From IMG/VR virus record IMGVR_UViG_3300038441_001119, positions 148,353-212,352 of that record: a DNA stretch of 64,000 nt, one strand, 5' to 3'. Made by a program: the position numbers and the translations under genes. This document shows positions 1-8,500 of the stretch, piece after piece. The notes below the pieces were generated by a model, which searched no databases, was not told the origin of the DNA, and worked only from the letters and a program-made list of their open reading frames with translations. Position 1 is the stretch's first letter. Each line of letters starts with the position of its first letter.

Positions 1-50
1 GTCTGGCATTGCGTTCTTTCTTTTGCTGATCCTTGTTATACTTGAACCAC

Positions 51-371
51 TTAGCGTCGTCTCGGTGACTTGCCATTGCGTTTCACTTTCATCTTGGGGC
101 GCAGCTTCGACTTCAGACGTATGGTCGAGGCGAGGAACTTGCGTGCCTCTCGATCAATGGTCCGTGATTTCCTTTCGTCGTACTGCAGGGTTGCCTCCTT
201 GATGACCAGTCCATCAATGGAGGTGATGGTCCAAGCATTGTAGAGGTATTTCAGTTCAGGGTCGTTGTCAGGTGTCTCGAAAACAAGAATGGCGCCAAGT
301 TCCGGCTTGTTACCATGCTCGTCCTTGATGTCACTAGTCAGTTCAATCTTTTTTGTCAGGGGTTCCGTCAT
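51..371 (-). CDS. hypothetical protein (106 aa, basic C-terminus)
   Basis: ORF in a run of overlapping minus-strand genes; no recognisable motif. Confidence 0.6.
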   Translation of the reverse strand: MTEPLTKKIELTSDIKDEHGNKPELGAILVFETPDNDPELKYLYNAWTITSIDGLVIKEATLQYDERKSRTIDREARKFLASTIRLKSKLRPKMKVKRNGKSPRRR

Positions 372-900
372 CTTTTACTTTCAGTAGGAGGATGTCAGTC
401 AAACCGGGATGGATAAACACATCGAACATTGCTGTTTCCTGTGGTTTCATCTGTACGATCCCGGTATTGACTACGTGTCGTACAGTATAGATTCTGTGTT
501 CGTTGCCAAGATAAACCCACGCAATGCTGTCACGTCTTTCTTTGAGGGTTACCTTAAGTCGCTTCGGCTTAATGTTGTTCGCACGGAAGATTTTATCAAT
601 CTTTTGCTCCATGGTTGCATTAGCCTCCACTCCCCGTGCACCTTGCCCAAGCACTTCACATGCACGGAAGTACATGCGGTCAATGCCTACGGTGTCCCAG
701 CGTTCAATGAACTCTACGAGGGCTTCAGCTTTCTTGTAAGCCGTCTCCCTTCCTTTGAGTTCATTGTGATAAATCATGTGAGAGTGCATCCGAGCAAGGA
801 TGTCTGTAGTTGTGACATCGAGGGTAGCTTCCGGGTCTACCGTAACACCCAACTGTTCAGCCATTCTCTTGACGAACTCTTCAAACTGATTCTCCGACAT
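343..900 (-). CDS. hypothetical protein (about 185 aa)
   Basis: Track ORF 343..1125; start moved to MSENQFEEF (ATG at 900) because the upstream part overlaps the 881..1159 gene and is low complexity. Confidence 0.6.
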   Translation of the reverse strand: MSENQFEEFVKRMAEQLGVTVDPEATLDVTTTDILARMHSHMIYHNELKGRETAYKKAEALVEFIERWDTVGIDRMYFRACEVLGQGARGVEANATMEQKIDKIFRANNIKPKRLKVTLKERRDSIAWVYLGNEHRIYTVRHVVNTGIVQMKPQETAMFDVFIHPGLTDILLLKVKDDGTPDKKD

Positions 901-1159
901 TTCCTTGTTCCTCTGAAGCTGGGTGAAGGCATTTGTACATTCCCTCCGCATCTTCTTTGGTAAGAACGTGTAGATAGAGATTTTCCCTTTCGTCGAGGCG
1001 AAGGGCAACGAAACAGGGGAACTGCCTCGGAACCTCGACTTGCTTTTGTCGGAAGAAGGGGAGTCCGCTACGGTGTTTGACCCACCTTGCAAACGCGGCG
1101 GCGTCTTGCTGGAAACAGAAATCATTTGAGTAGTGATTGTTTATTTTTGTCAGATCCAT
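881..1159 (-). CDS. small hypothetical protein, P-x2-[FY]PCFV motif
   Basis: 92 aa ORF; VPRQFPCFV matches YPESYPCFV of the adjacent gene. Confidence 0.6.
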   Translation of the reverse strand: MDLTKINNHYSNDFCFQQDAAAFARWVKHRSGLPFFRQKQVEVPRQFPCFVALRLDERENLYLHVLTKEDAEGMYKCLHPASEEQGNVGESV

Positions 1160-1427
1160 CGAACTTCATGGGAGAGTATGTGATCCCGATGACGGCCTCG
1201 TTCATCTTCTTCAGGTAGGGAATCTCTAGAAAGGTGAACCGGTAGTCCATCAGATCGTCGTCTATACTGTAATCAACAAAGCAGGGGTAGCTTTCCGGAT
1301 AATGCACAGGAGGGGCAGAGAAGCCAGTCTCTCGCAGATACGACTCATAGTGTTCCTTGTTTCGTATCAGGCGGAAGTCTGGGCGTCGTGCTGTCTGTAG
1401 TGGGAATTGATCGTCAAACTGGCTCAT
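1122..1427 (-). CDS. small hypothetical protein, P-x2-[FY]PCFV motif
   Basis: 101 aa ORF; YPESYPCFV motif shared with 881..1159. Confidence 0.6.
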   Translation of the reverse strand: MSQFDDQFPLQTARRPDFRLIRNKEHYESYLRETGFSAPPVHYPESYPCFVDYSIDDDLMDYRFTFLEIPYLKKMNEAVIGITYSPMKFDGSDKNKQSLLK

Positions 1428-1896
1428 CGGGGTGATTTTCTTTGAATAGTGTGTGGTATTTAGCGAACAGGTATCGTTGTCTCTTGGGTACTCTGAGTTT
1501 GACCCGCCATTTATACAGCTCTACCATGTAGGCCAGTTGTTTCGCAGGAATGTACCTATCGAGAATAGATAGGACACTCCTGCGCTCGTCCTCCGTAACA
1601 AAGGGAAGCATCGTAATAATCCACAAGGCGTAGTCCACCCTGTCGTACGCGAGGTTCGGATTTTCGTCGTACGGAAAGCACGACTTCATGTCCATACGCC
1701 TCTCGATGACTTCCATGGTTACGCCCATGGAGCCAAACATATGGGTGAATAACTGCACCCCTTTGGGACATGCACCGAAGTAGAGCAGTACGTCTGGAGA
1801 AATCTTTGTGCTACCCTGAGGTTTGAGAATTTCCTTCTCAAACAGACTCCACTTGATTCGCGTCAGTAGGCTTGGTTTCTTCATGGTTGTTGACAA
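1414..1896 (-). CDS. hypothetical protein with L-x3-GAC-x2-G-x3-F motif
   Basis: 160 aa ORF containing LLYFGACPKGVQLF. Confidence 0.6.
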   Translation of the reverse strand: MSTTMKKPSLLTRIKWSLFEKEILKPQGSTKISPDVLLYFGACPKGVQLFTHMFGSMGVTMEVIERRMDMKSCFPYDENPNLAYDRVDYALWIITMLPFVTEDERRSVLSILDRYIPAKQLAYMVELYKWRVKLRVPKRQRYLFAKYHTLFKENHPDEPV

Positions 1897-2098
1897 CAGT
1901 TACGGTGATGGATGGAGATTGAGCGGAGTATTTCATACGCTCTCCTTCTTTTTTGATCTCTGCTCTGAGGGCGTCGAGAAAAGTATCAACGCCCTTTGAA
2001 AAACCGTCACGGTAACCTGCATCGCGGTCATCCATAACGATTTGTGAGTCTGCGAATGTCTCCCAGACCTGCATAGCTATTTTGTCGAAGTTGATCAT
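1838..2098 (-). CDS. hypothetical protein (86 aa)
   Basis: ORF coupled by ATGA overlap to the 2095..2550 gene. Confidence 0.5.
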   Translation of the reverse strand: MINFDKIAMQVWETFADSQIVMDDRDAGYRDGFSKGVDTFLDALRAEIKKEGERMKYSAQSPSITVTVVNNHEETKPTDANQVESV

Positions 2099-2550
2099 TG
2101 TTCGGTGGCTTTGTCCCAGAGTTCGTAAACAAGGGCGAATTTAAGTGGGAGGATGTGGACGGTCTGTTTGTCTGAAGTGACGACCTCGAAACCTCCGCGT
2201 TTGAAGTCCGCCTTGTGGTGTGCATCGCCCTTGTGGCGGACGAGCTTCACTTTCTCACAGTCTTCTTCATTGATCCTGATGGGAGCGCGGTCCCCAATGA
2301 AGTTGAATGCGATGGTCTCCAGATCGATCATTTCAATTTCAGCAAGGGCGCCGTCAATGAAGACACCTTGGGTGCTGAAAAGTGCATTGCACATATCACG
2401 CCAGTTGGAGAAGGCGACGATGTCGTGATTCTTTGGAGAAGCAACGGCTTCGATATCCTTCTTGGGTTTCGCTGGAGGAGCCGGGACCTTCGGGGTTTGA
2501 TTCGACTTGTCAACGATGGTGATAGTGGGCTTGGTGGTAGTGGTGGACAT
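2095..2550 (-). CDS. hypothetical protein (151 aa)
   Basis: ORF with Pro/Lys-rich N-terminus; starts 15 nt after a terminator-like hairpin. Confidence 0.65.
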   Translation of the reverse strand: MSTTTTKPTITIVDKSNQTPKVPAPPAKPKKDIEAVASPKNHDIVAFSNWRDMCNALFSTQGVFIDGALAEIEMIDLETIAFNFIGDRAPIRINEEDCEKVKLVRHKGDAHHKADFKRGGFEVVTSDKQTVHILPLKFALVYELWDKATEQ

Positions 2551-2565
2551 TATGGGTGTATAAAT

Positions 2566-2594
2566 AAAAACCCCGGCTCTTTGCAGAGACGGGG
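2566..2594 (-). terminator. intrinsic terminator-like hairpin
   Basis: Minus strand CCCCGTCTCT-GCAA-AGAGCCGGGG followed by TTTTT. Confidence 0.7.
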
Positions 2595-2616
2595 TTGGGT
2601 GTCGAGAAATCTGACT

Positions 2617-3105
2617 TTATTTAGTTAGGAACGGATCGTCAGTCAGTACGTTCCTGTCGTCGCTATCCGGGGCGTGACCGATTCGTGGGATCGACTTGTC
2701 ATCAGAGTCAATGGACTTGGACAAGTGAGCTTGGAATGCGGTAAGGAGAGGACGAATAATGACCGTTTGCAGTAGCTGATCGAAACCTTCATGCGCATAC
2801 CCGATCATGCCGGGGTCCAGCGCATTGGGCATAGCGTTTTCACCGAAGATGCGAGCGATTTCACCTTCCTTGGAGACAAGCCGGATGTCACTGATTAGCA
2901 CAACGTCGGAGAGTTTCCTCTGCGCGAGTTTTGCTACGATGACATCCGTTGCGTCTCCGTAACCGGAAGCGGAAATGATTTTCTCAAACGTGGCTTGATT
3001 GGCTGCCAAAAGCAGTGCAGCTTTAGCCAAAAGCTCCGGTACATCCGCCTCAGTCGGTGTTTGGTTTGTACCTGTCTTTTCGTTCTTGTCTTTCGATACG
3101 CTCAT
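2617..3105 (-). CDS. hypothetical protein (up to 162 aa)
   Basis: ORF ending just before the terminator; start uncertain because it overlaps 3050..3268. Confidence 0.65.
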   Translation of the reverse strand: MSVSKDKNEKTGTNQTPTEADVPELLAKAALLLAANQATFEKIISASGYGDATDVIVAKLAQRKLSDVVLISDIRLVSKEGEIARIFGENAMPNALDPGMIGYAHEGFDQLLQTVIIRPLLTAFQAHLSKSIDSDDKSIPRIGHAPDSDDRNVLTDDPFLTK

Positions 3106-3268
3106 CTTCAGTTCGATCCTGCTCTATTTCCTCCTTGACTGCAAGATCTTTATCGGCTTTTATTTTATCTGTACACGCTTTAATAGCAGCCTCGTACGCA
3201 GAATTGCGTGGGCGACGGGTGTTCCAGTTGTTCCGATTGAGGAACAAAGCAGCAGTACGAGCAATCAT
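3050..3268 (-). CDS. putative charged helical small protein (72 aa)
   Basis: Highly charged C-terminal half; ATG directly abuts the terminase ATG (CATATG). Confidence 0.4.
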   Translation of the reverse strand: MIARTAALFLNRNNWNTRRPRNSAYEAAIKACTDKIKADKDLAVKEEIEQDRTEDERIERQERKDRYKPNTD

Positions 3269-5149
3269 ATGTATAAGTCTAACAAAGACCTTTATTCGCG
3301 AATTAGTAACGATACTAACTTCCGACTCAATATTAACAAACTATTTGGGAGATTTCAAATAGAAGCAGCGGAAGCAGCAAAAGGTCGTCCCGGCGCTGAG
3401 GAGAAGCGGGACAAGACGATGATGGAACTATTCCAGTATTGTGGTTGGAACGTTGGCATTTTCTTTCCCCTGTTCTTCCCCAAGATGATTGAAGGGGGTC
3501 CTCTGAATGTGATGCGTCGTCCGTTCGGATTCATGATGACCGAGCTGAACGTCTCTGGTTACACCTGTATCAGGGGTAGTCGTCAGATCGCAAAGTCCAC
3601 CAATCTTGTTGGCAGGCAGCTTGTTAAGGGATTCCTGTTTCCTCGGTTCAAGTCGATGTACATCTGTCCTCACAACAACCACAAGAAAACCTATCAGAAC
3701 AGGTTTGCTGAAATGGAGGCGGCATGTCCGTTCATGGACTTCGTGTACAAGAACCCTCGTCTCCGCACCAACCTTTCGTACAAGCAGTATCCTCTGGAAG
3801 GTGAAGTAAACATTGTGAACTGTCTGACCGACTCTTCGCAGGCGCGTTCGAAAACCACTGATGAGCTTCTGTACGACGAGTACCAGCTCTTTGACTGGAC
3901 TCTTGAAGGTGATATTCGTCCCTGCCAATCGGTCTCTAAGATTCCGATGACTGTGTATGCAGGAACCTCCACCACTGTCGACTCCCCTCTGGAGTTCCGG
4001 TACCAAGAGGGAAGCCAACATACGTGGAAGGTCAGAAGTCCGAACGGTAAGGATTGGATTGATTTCGGTGACGAGGAGTTGATGATCAAATGCATACGTC
4101 CTCGCGGTTTGGTGTGTCCTTACACTGAACGTCCCCTGAATGTCGCACAAGGCGAGTACACTCCTACTTACAAGGATAGACATGAATATGGTTACACCAG
4201 TATCCATGTTCCTCAGCTTATTATCAAAGACAAGGTGGAGCACCGTATCGACTGGGCTAAGATCTACGAAGCTTTTGAGGAGTTCGATAGACCGAAGTTC
4301 ATGGAAGAGTTCCTTGGTATCCCCTCGGAACTGGGTGCTCGGGAAATTACTGAGGCAGACCTTAAGGCGATCTGCACTCTTGGGAGCAAAGACGAGGTCT
4401 TTGAAAGGGTCAAACGCGGTGACTACAGTATTATTGTCTCTGGCTTTGACTGGGGTGGTTCTGACCACATTCCACACATCAAAGCTTCCCGCGTTAGTTT
4501 CACTGCCAATGCTGTTCTTGGTCTATCTGCTGATGGATACGTTGATATCCTTCATATGAGGCAGCACCATGGTATGAACTATGACTTCATTACCGGGCAG
4601 ATTGCTGAGGACTACAGGAAGTACCAGTGTAACGCACTAGCTTGTGACGCTGCTGGTGGTCAAGTCTACCTCAACAATCTTGATAAGCTTCTGAATCATA
4701 AGACTAACTTCCGGTTCGGTTACCACGCGCATGTCTTCCAACTGATGGGAGTTCCTTCGCATGGAGCGCCGAACCATTACACGTTGAACAAGCACGAGTC
4801 TATCGCCCAGCTGTTCCAAGCCATCAAGCACAAGAAGATTCGCTGCTACAAGTGGGAGGAGTCCGGGCCGCGTCTTAGCGAGATCCTGAATGTACAACGT
4901 GTTCTTATCGAACCGCAGTCGGGACCTCCGAAGTATCACTATCACATGACACCTCGGAATCCCGACGATACGGTTCATGCTTTGAACTACTCATATATTC
5001 TGATGCGCTTGCTTGCTGGTGAAAACGTTGTTCACGACGAACGCTTGATGCGTACTATTCAACAGGCTGTGCGGGGCGAGAATACTTTCTCCCCATTCCA
5101 GACATTCGGTGGTGTACCGAATCTGTTCGGGGAAATCGTTTCCGGTTAA
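3269..5149 (+). CDS. terL: terminase large subunit (about 626 aa)
   Basis: Walker A-like IRGSRQIAKST, Walker B LLYDEYQ, RNase H-type nuclease motif SGFDWGG and late DDTVHALNY. Start moved from 2999 to MYKSNK (3269) because the upstream extension is antisense to other genes. Confidence 0.88.
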   Translation: MYKSNKDLYSRISNDTNFRLNINKLFGRFQIEAAEAAKGRPGAEEKRDKTMMELFQYCGWNVGIFFPLFFPKMIEGGPLNVMRRPFGFMMTELNVSGYTCIRGSRQIAKSTNLVGRQLVKGFLFPRFKSMYICPHNNHKKTYQNRFAEMEAACPFMDFVYKNPRLRTNLSYKQYPLEGEVNIVNCLTDSSQARSKTTDELLYDEYQLFDWTLEGDIRPCQSVSKIPMTVYAGTSTTVDSPLEFRYQEGSQHTWKVRSPNGKDWIDFGDEELMIKCIRPRGLVCPYTERPLNVAQGEYTPTYKDRHEYGYTSIHVPQLIIKDKVEHRIDWAKIYEAFEEFDRPKFMEEFLGIPSELGAREITEADLKAICTLGSKDEVFERVKRGDYSIIVSGFDWGGSDHIPHIKASRVSFTANAVLGLSADGYVDILHMRQHHGMNYDFITGQIAEDYRKYQCNALACDAAGGQVYLNNLDKLLNHKTNFRFGYHAHVFQLMGVPSHGAPNHYTLNKHESIAQLFQAIKHKKIRCYKWEESGPRLSEILNVQRVLIEPQSGPPKYHYHMTPRNPDDTVHALNYSYILMRLLAGENVVHDERLMRTIQQAVRGENTFSPFQTFGGVPNLFGEIVSG

Positions 5150-5946
5150 ACCCAGACAAATTCCTCGGTCACCTCATCGCGGGTCTCAGCGAACTTGTGT
5201 TCGAGGTACTTGGGTGCGAGTTCGTTCCACTTAGCTTCGGCTAACAGTTTCACCTCCGTACTGTCGGGGTTATGTAGGGCGTACTTTGCCATATTGACCG
5301 CGTGTACGGTTACACCTTGCATCACACGGGGGAATATGTGCAAGTTTTTGGTGAATACGTCTACGTGCCTCGTGGTCTCGCTTCCATAGTTGAATAAGTT
5401 CAACGTACCGATCACCACCTTCTCCGGTGACACTTCATACATCGAATGGACATCGAGCTGAGAGTGCCCAAATAGAGCCGACCTTGTTTGTAGCGATTTA
5501 CCAATCAATACTTCTCCACTAACGAACTGCACTTCTGCTCCAGAAGAAACGTGACCCCTCACGTTGACGCTTTCTCTGAACTCTATCTTGGTACCAGAAG
5601 GACGAGCGTGGATACTATCGAGGGATTCCACGCTTGATCGGAACACAAGATCCCCGTCCGATTCGATACGACCATGCGCGTGAACACTTTCTAGGAAAAT
5701 TGTCGTTCCAGTTCTCCGACGAGTAAAGTCCATGTTCTTGAACATTACTACCGTACCAACTCCCACAGTCAATCCTTCATAAGTATGGCCTGCTGGTAGA
5801 TGTACGATACCAAGTCCGGATTCTAGGACAAGTCTCGACTCTCTTGAAAGAGTGAGCAGCGTTGACTGTAGAGCTGGAAGAAGGATCTTCTCTTTGGAGA
5901 ACCTATGCGCAGTCGTCAGGTCTTCTTTAGATATATGAAAGTCCAT
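5146..5946 (-). CDS. beta-solenoid (bactofilin-like) protein 1 with C-terminal VTEEFVWV
   Basis: 266 aa; beta-rich G-D/N-L/V repeats (ESDGDLVF, VRGHVSS); shared C-terminal octapeptide. Confidence 0.7.
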   Translation of the reverse strand: MDFHISKEDLTTAHRFSKEKILLPALQSTLLTLSRESRLVLESGLGIVHLPAGHTYEGLTVGVGTVVMFKNMDFTRRRTGTTIFLESVHAHGRIESDGDLVFRSSVESLDSIHARPSGTKIEFRESVNVRGHVSSGAEVQFVSGEVLIGKSLQTRSALFGHSQLDVHSMYEVSPEKVVIGTLNLFNYGSETTRHVDVFTKNLHIFPRVMQGVTVHAVNMAKYALHNPDSTEVKLLAEAKWNELAPKYLEHKFAETRDEVTEEFVWV

Positions 5947-6746
5947 TATATGAATACGTACTCTTCTTCGAGGACAGAGGTTGGCAGCTGAGGTCCATTG
6001 ATGATGACTTTGGACTCCAGCTGTTTGGCGTAGGTCGGATGTCCCTTGAACAGGAACTCGTCACACCTGACAGGGTACTGCACATCGTTGGAATCGACGT
6101 TGTGGTGCCACAGTCCTTCCACGGTAACTGTGGGTAACGTTTTTTGTGCTGGGATGTCGGCGGGCCAGAGCTGGATCATACCTGTAGTCTCCAGTTTGGG
6201 GCATTTGACATTGCACTGTGCCATATGTATCTTGACAACCTTCACGGGACTATCGAAGACGATATTGGCGAACTTCTCAGAATCGTTCTCAGCCATCGTG
6301 ACAGGAACGACAATGATATAGTCGGCCTCGGCAGGACCCTTGATGTGAATGAACATGTCACTCAATGCTACACCAGATGGACGTAACGACAGATTCAGTA
6401 CAAGATCAGCTCCGGATGACCCTTTGTAGCTACCAGCAACAACAAGTTTATGCTTAACGATAATCTGCCGATTGTGCTCAAGGTTACCTCCTAAGTTTCC
6501 TGTAGTTAAAGTAAATTGGCAGGAATTAATCCTGATATTCGTTCCGCTACCTACTTCGAGATGCCCTACGACACAGGTGGAACTAATATCGTATGCACCG
6601 AGGTCAGGAGCGATGGCAACATTGGGTAGACGGGATGGTTGTCCTTGCCTGCCTTGCTCTCGTCCCCATGCTGTAATAGCTGCGCTAAGGTTCGTAGTAC
6701 GGGAGGTGATATTGATGTCGATTGTTGGTATTTCAGGTGGTTTCAT
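5946..6746 (-). CDS. beta-solenoid protein 2 with C-terminal LEEEYVFI
   Basis: 266 aa; VVGHLEV, LGGNLE, VAGSY repeats; TAATG coupling to the next gene. Confidence 0.7.
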   Translation of the reverse strand: MKPPEIPTIDINITSRTTNLSAAITAWGREQGRQGQPSRLPNVAIAPDLGAYDISSTCVVGHLEVGSGTNIRINSCQFTLTTGNLGGNLEHNRQIIVKHKLVVAGSYKGSSGADLVLNLSLRPSGVALSDMFIHIKGPAEADYIIVVPVTMAENDSEKFANIVFDSPVKVVKIHMAQCNVKCPKLETTGMIQLWPADIPAQKTLPTVTVEGLWHHNVDSNDVQYPVRCDEFLFKGHPTYAKQLESKVIINGPQLPTSVLEEEYVFI

Positions 6747-6749
6747 AAT

Positions 6750-7508
6750 TTAGATCCACACGAATTCTTCTGTGATGGGTTCTGTAATGATGGCGACCTT
6801 TTTGAAGGCTATATTGGTGAACTTAAGTGACCCATGGTTAACCTTAGGTCCAAGTTCCTCCGTGCGCACCGCTACTGACAGGGTGGAATTGGTTGGCGGT
6901 ACGTTGAACTCCGTACAATCTACAACAATATGCTCGGTTGAGCGTCTACTGTTGGTAGCCGCAATACTCAACGCTGTAAGGGTACCATCTACACTCAGAT
7001 GAGAGTACATACCGCGAGCCACTACCATGTGGCTGAGGGTGACATCTCCTTCTACAGTCAGGCTACCTGTTATTAGCAGCTTGTTGGTACCTGATACTTC
7101 TTTGCTGATAGGACCGCATATGGTACCTGACGACTTGGTCATACAATACAAAGTACCGAAAGCGTGGTTGGCGAACGAGGCATTACCTGCTGGTCGACTT
7201 ATCCCATTTTCAAACAGGAACTTTCCGTACAAGTCCATGGAGTACTGGTACCCCATTTTCCCCTGTACATGCACAGTACCATGTATGGAAATTCCAGATT
7301 CGAAATACAGTTCCGTACCTGCGCCGATCCGAAGGTGACGTACCACTGCCCAGAAAGCGATATAGACCACACCTAGTCCTCCGGGAACATCCCAGTCAAT
7401 CGTGCGTCCCCGGTTGTTCATCGTGGACATACTGACCACTCTGTGAGTCATGCGAGGACGAAGCTCACAGTGATCCCACCCGTTTTGTGTTATGGTTGGA
7501 AATTTCAT
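6750..7508 (-). CDS. beta-solenoid protein 3 with C-terminal ITEEFVWI
   Basis: Start moved to MKFPTIT (7508, ATGA overlap with the upstream stop), giving 252 aa; ITGSLTVEGDVTL and VDGTLTA repeats. Confidence 0.7.
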   Translation of the reverse strand: MKFPTITQNGWDHCELRPRMTHRVVSMSTMNNRGRTIDWDVPGGLGVVYIAFWAVVRHLRIGAGTELYFESGISIHGTVHVQGKMGYQYSMDLYGKFLFENGISRPAGNASFANHAFGTLYCMTKSSGTICGPISKEVSGTNKLLITGSLTVEGDVTLSHMVVARGMYSHLSVDGTLTALSIAATNSRRSTEHIVVDCTEFNVPPTNSTLSVAVRTEELGPKVNHGSLKFTNIAFKKVAIITEPITEEFVWI

Positions 7509-8269
7509 ACAAATACGTACTCCTCTTCTATTGGACTGGTGACTGGTGCATATCCTTGCTTTGGTACATGCATAGGTTTTTCGCGAACATGGACGCTCTT
7601 GAAGTGTTCCTTGGTAGTACCATCTCCGAGACGGTCGCATATTACGTGGGTAGGCAAGGGACCACCGGCTCTGTCAGAGGACCATCCTGCCTCAAACGTA
7701 CCGGCGTCAATATATGGAGGTGTGTTTCCGACAGGGAAGTCATAATGTTGTACCCAGTCGGCTAAGCTAAATGTACCACTGACAGTTACCTCCGAGCTTC
7801 CAGCAGAACCATCAGTATATTTTCCAGTGCAGGTGAGGTCTCCTTTGACGATAAGCTGGGTTTGCTGCCCGTCCATTCTGATGGAGGTTGTTTCGCAGTT
7901 TCCGTCTACTGTAACAACGTCTTTTACAATGATGCGAACACCATACGACGATTTGACGATAAGATCGCCTTTGACATGGCACGTTTCGTAGAACCCTAGG
8001 TCACCCTTAAGGACAGTGAGGTCGCCTCCGAAAACCGAATCGCGGTAACAGAACGTAATCCCGTCCTGCATGGTTAGGTTAGTTCCATCGCCTACAATCG
8101 CGGTTCCGATAACAAGCGATCCATCATGGTAAATATCTCCCAAGTCTGGATCAATATGCAAGTCCATGTCACCTTTGCTGATGACTCTGTTGCTGTGTAC
8201 CGGGAATGGCCAGACGATCTGACCGTCATGTGAAATGTTGTCTTTTGTGATTACTATTTTTTCTCTCAT
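7505..8269 (-). CDS. beta-solenoid protein 4 with C-terminal IEEEYVFV
   Basis: 254 aa; repeats FGGDLTV, VKGDLIV, VDGNCET, VKGDLTC, VSGTFSL typical of bactofilin-like beta-helices. Confidence 0.75.
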   Translation of the reverse strand: MREKIVITKDNISHDGQIVWPFPVHSNRVISKGDMDLHIDPDLGDIYHDGSLVIGTAIVGDGTNLTMQDGITFCYRDSVFGGDLTVLKGDLGFYETCHVKGDLIVKSSYGVRIIVKDVVTVDGNCETTSIRMDGQQTQLIVKGDLTCTGKYTDGSAGSSEVTVSGTFSLADWVQHYDFPVGNTPPYIDAGTFEAGWSSDRAGGPLPTHVICDRLGDGTTKEHFKSVHVREKPMHVPKQGYAPVTSPIEEEYVFV

Positions 8270-8281
8270 TTTGGTTACACG

Positions 8282-8314
8282 AAAAAGCCCCGGAAGATTG
8301 CTCCTCCGGGGCTT
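8282..8314 (-). terminator. intrinsic terminator-like hairpin
   Basis: AAGCCCCGGA...TCCGGGGCTT inverted repeat, GCAA loop on the minus strand, followed by TTTTT. Confidence 0.75.
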
Positions 8315-8347
8315 CGGTTTAGTTGAGTTTAGGAATTGTCTTCCATC

Positions 8348-8500
8348 TTATTGGCAGGATTCGCATGTACCATCAAGGTTGCATGCTGGTACGCCTAGTT
8401 CTGGCCAATCTTCATCTTCAACTTGGGACGGACCTTTCTGACCGATAAGTTCGTCTTCCTGTTCCTTACTCAACCGTTGCGTTTCGTTCTCCTTGCTCAT
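8348..8500 (-). CDS. 50-aa acidic micro-protein ending ACNLDGTCESCQ (RNR alpha C-tail-like)
   Basis: Hand-translated: MSKENETQRLSKEQEDELIGQKGPSQVEDEDWPELGVPACNLDGTCESCQ; fills the gap between the AAA gene and the terminator; below the ORF-track length cut-off. Confidence 0.65.
   Translation of the reverse strand: MSKENETQRLSKEQEDELIGQKGPSQVEDEDWPELGVPACNLDGTCESCQ

Noticed and set aside
2999-3268. 90-aa N-terminal extension of the terminase ORF in the track
   Set aside because: Its composition looks like an antisense read of minus-strand genes; MYKSNK at 3269 is a more plausible start.
7509-7640. Arg-rich N-terminal extension of beta-solenoid gene 3
   Set aside because: Overlaps the upstream gene in another frame; the ATGA-coupled start at 7508 gives a length matching the paralogues.
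5146-8269. C-terminal tags as outer-membrane beta-barrel (BAM) beta-signals
   Set aside because: The proteins have no signal peptides, the terminal residue is V/I rather than F/W, and the bodies look like solenoids rather than barrels.
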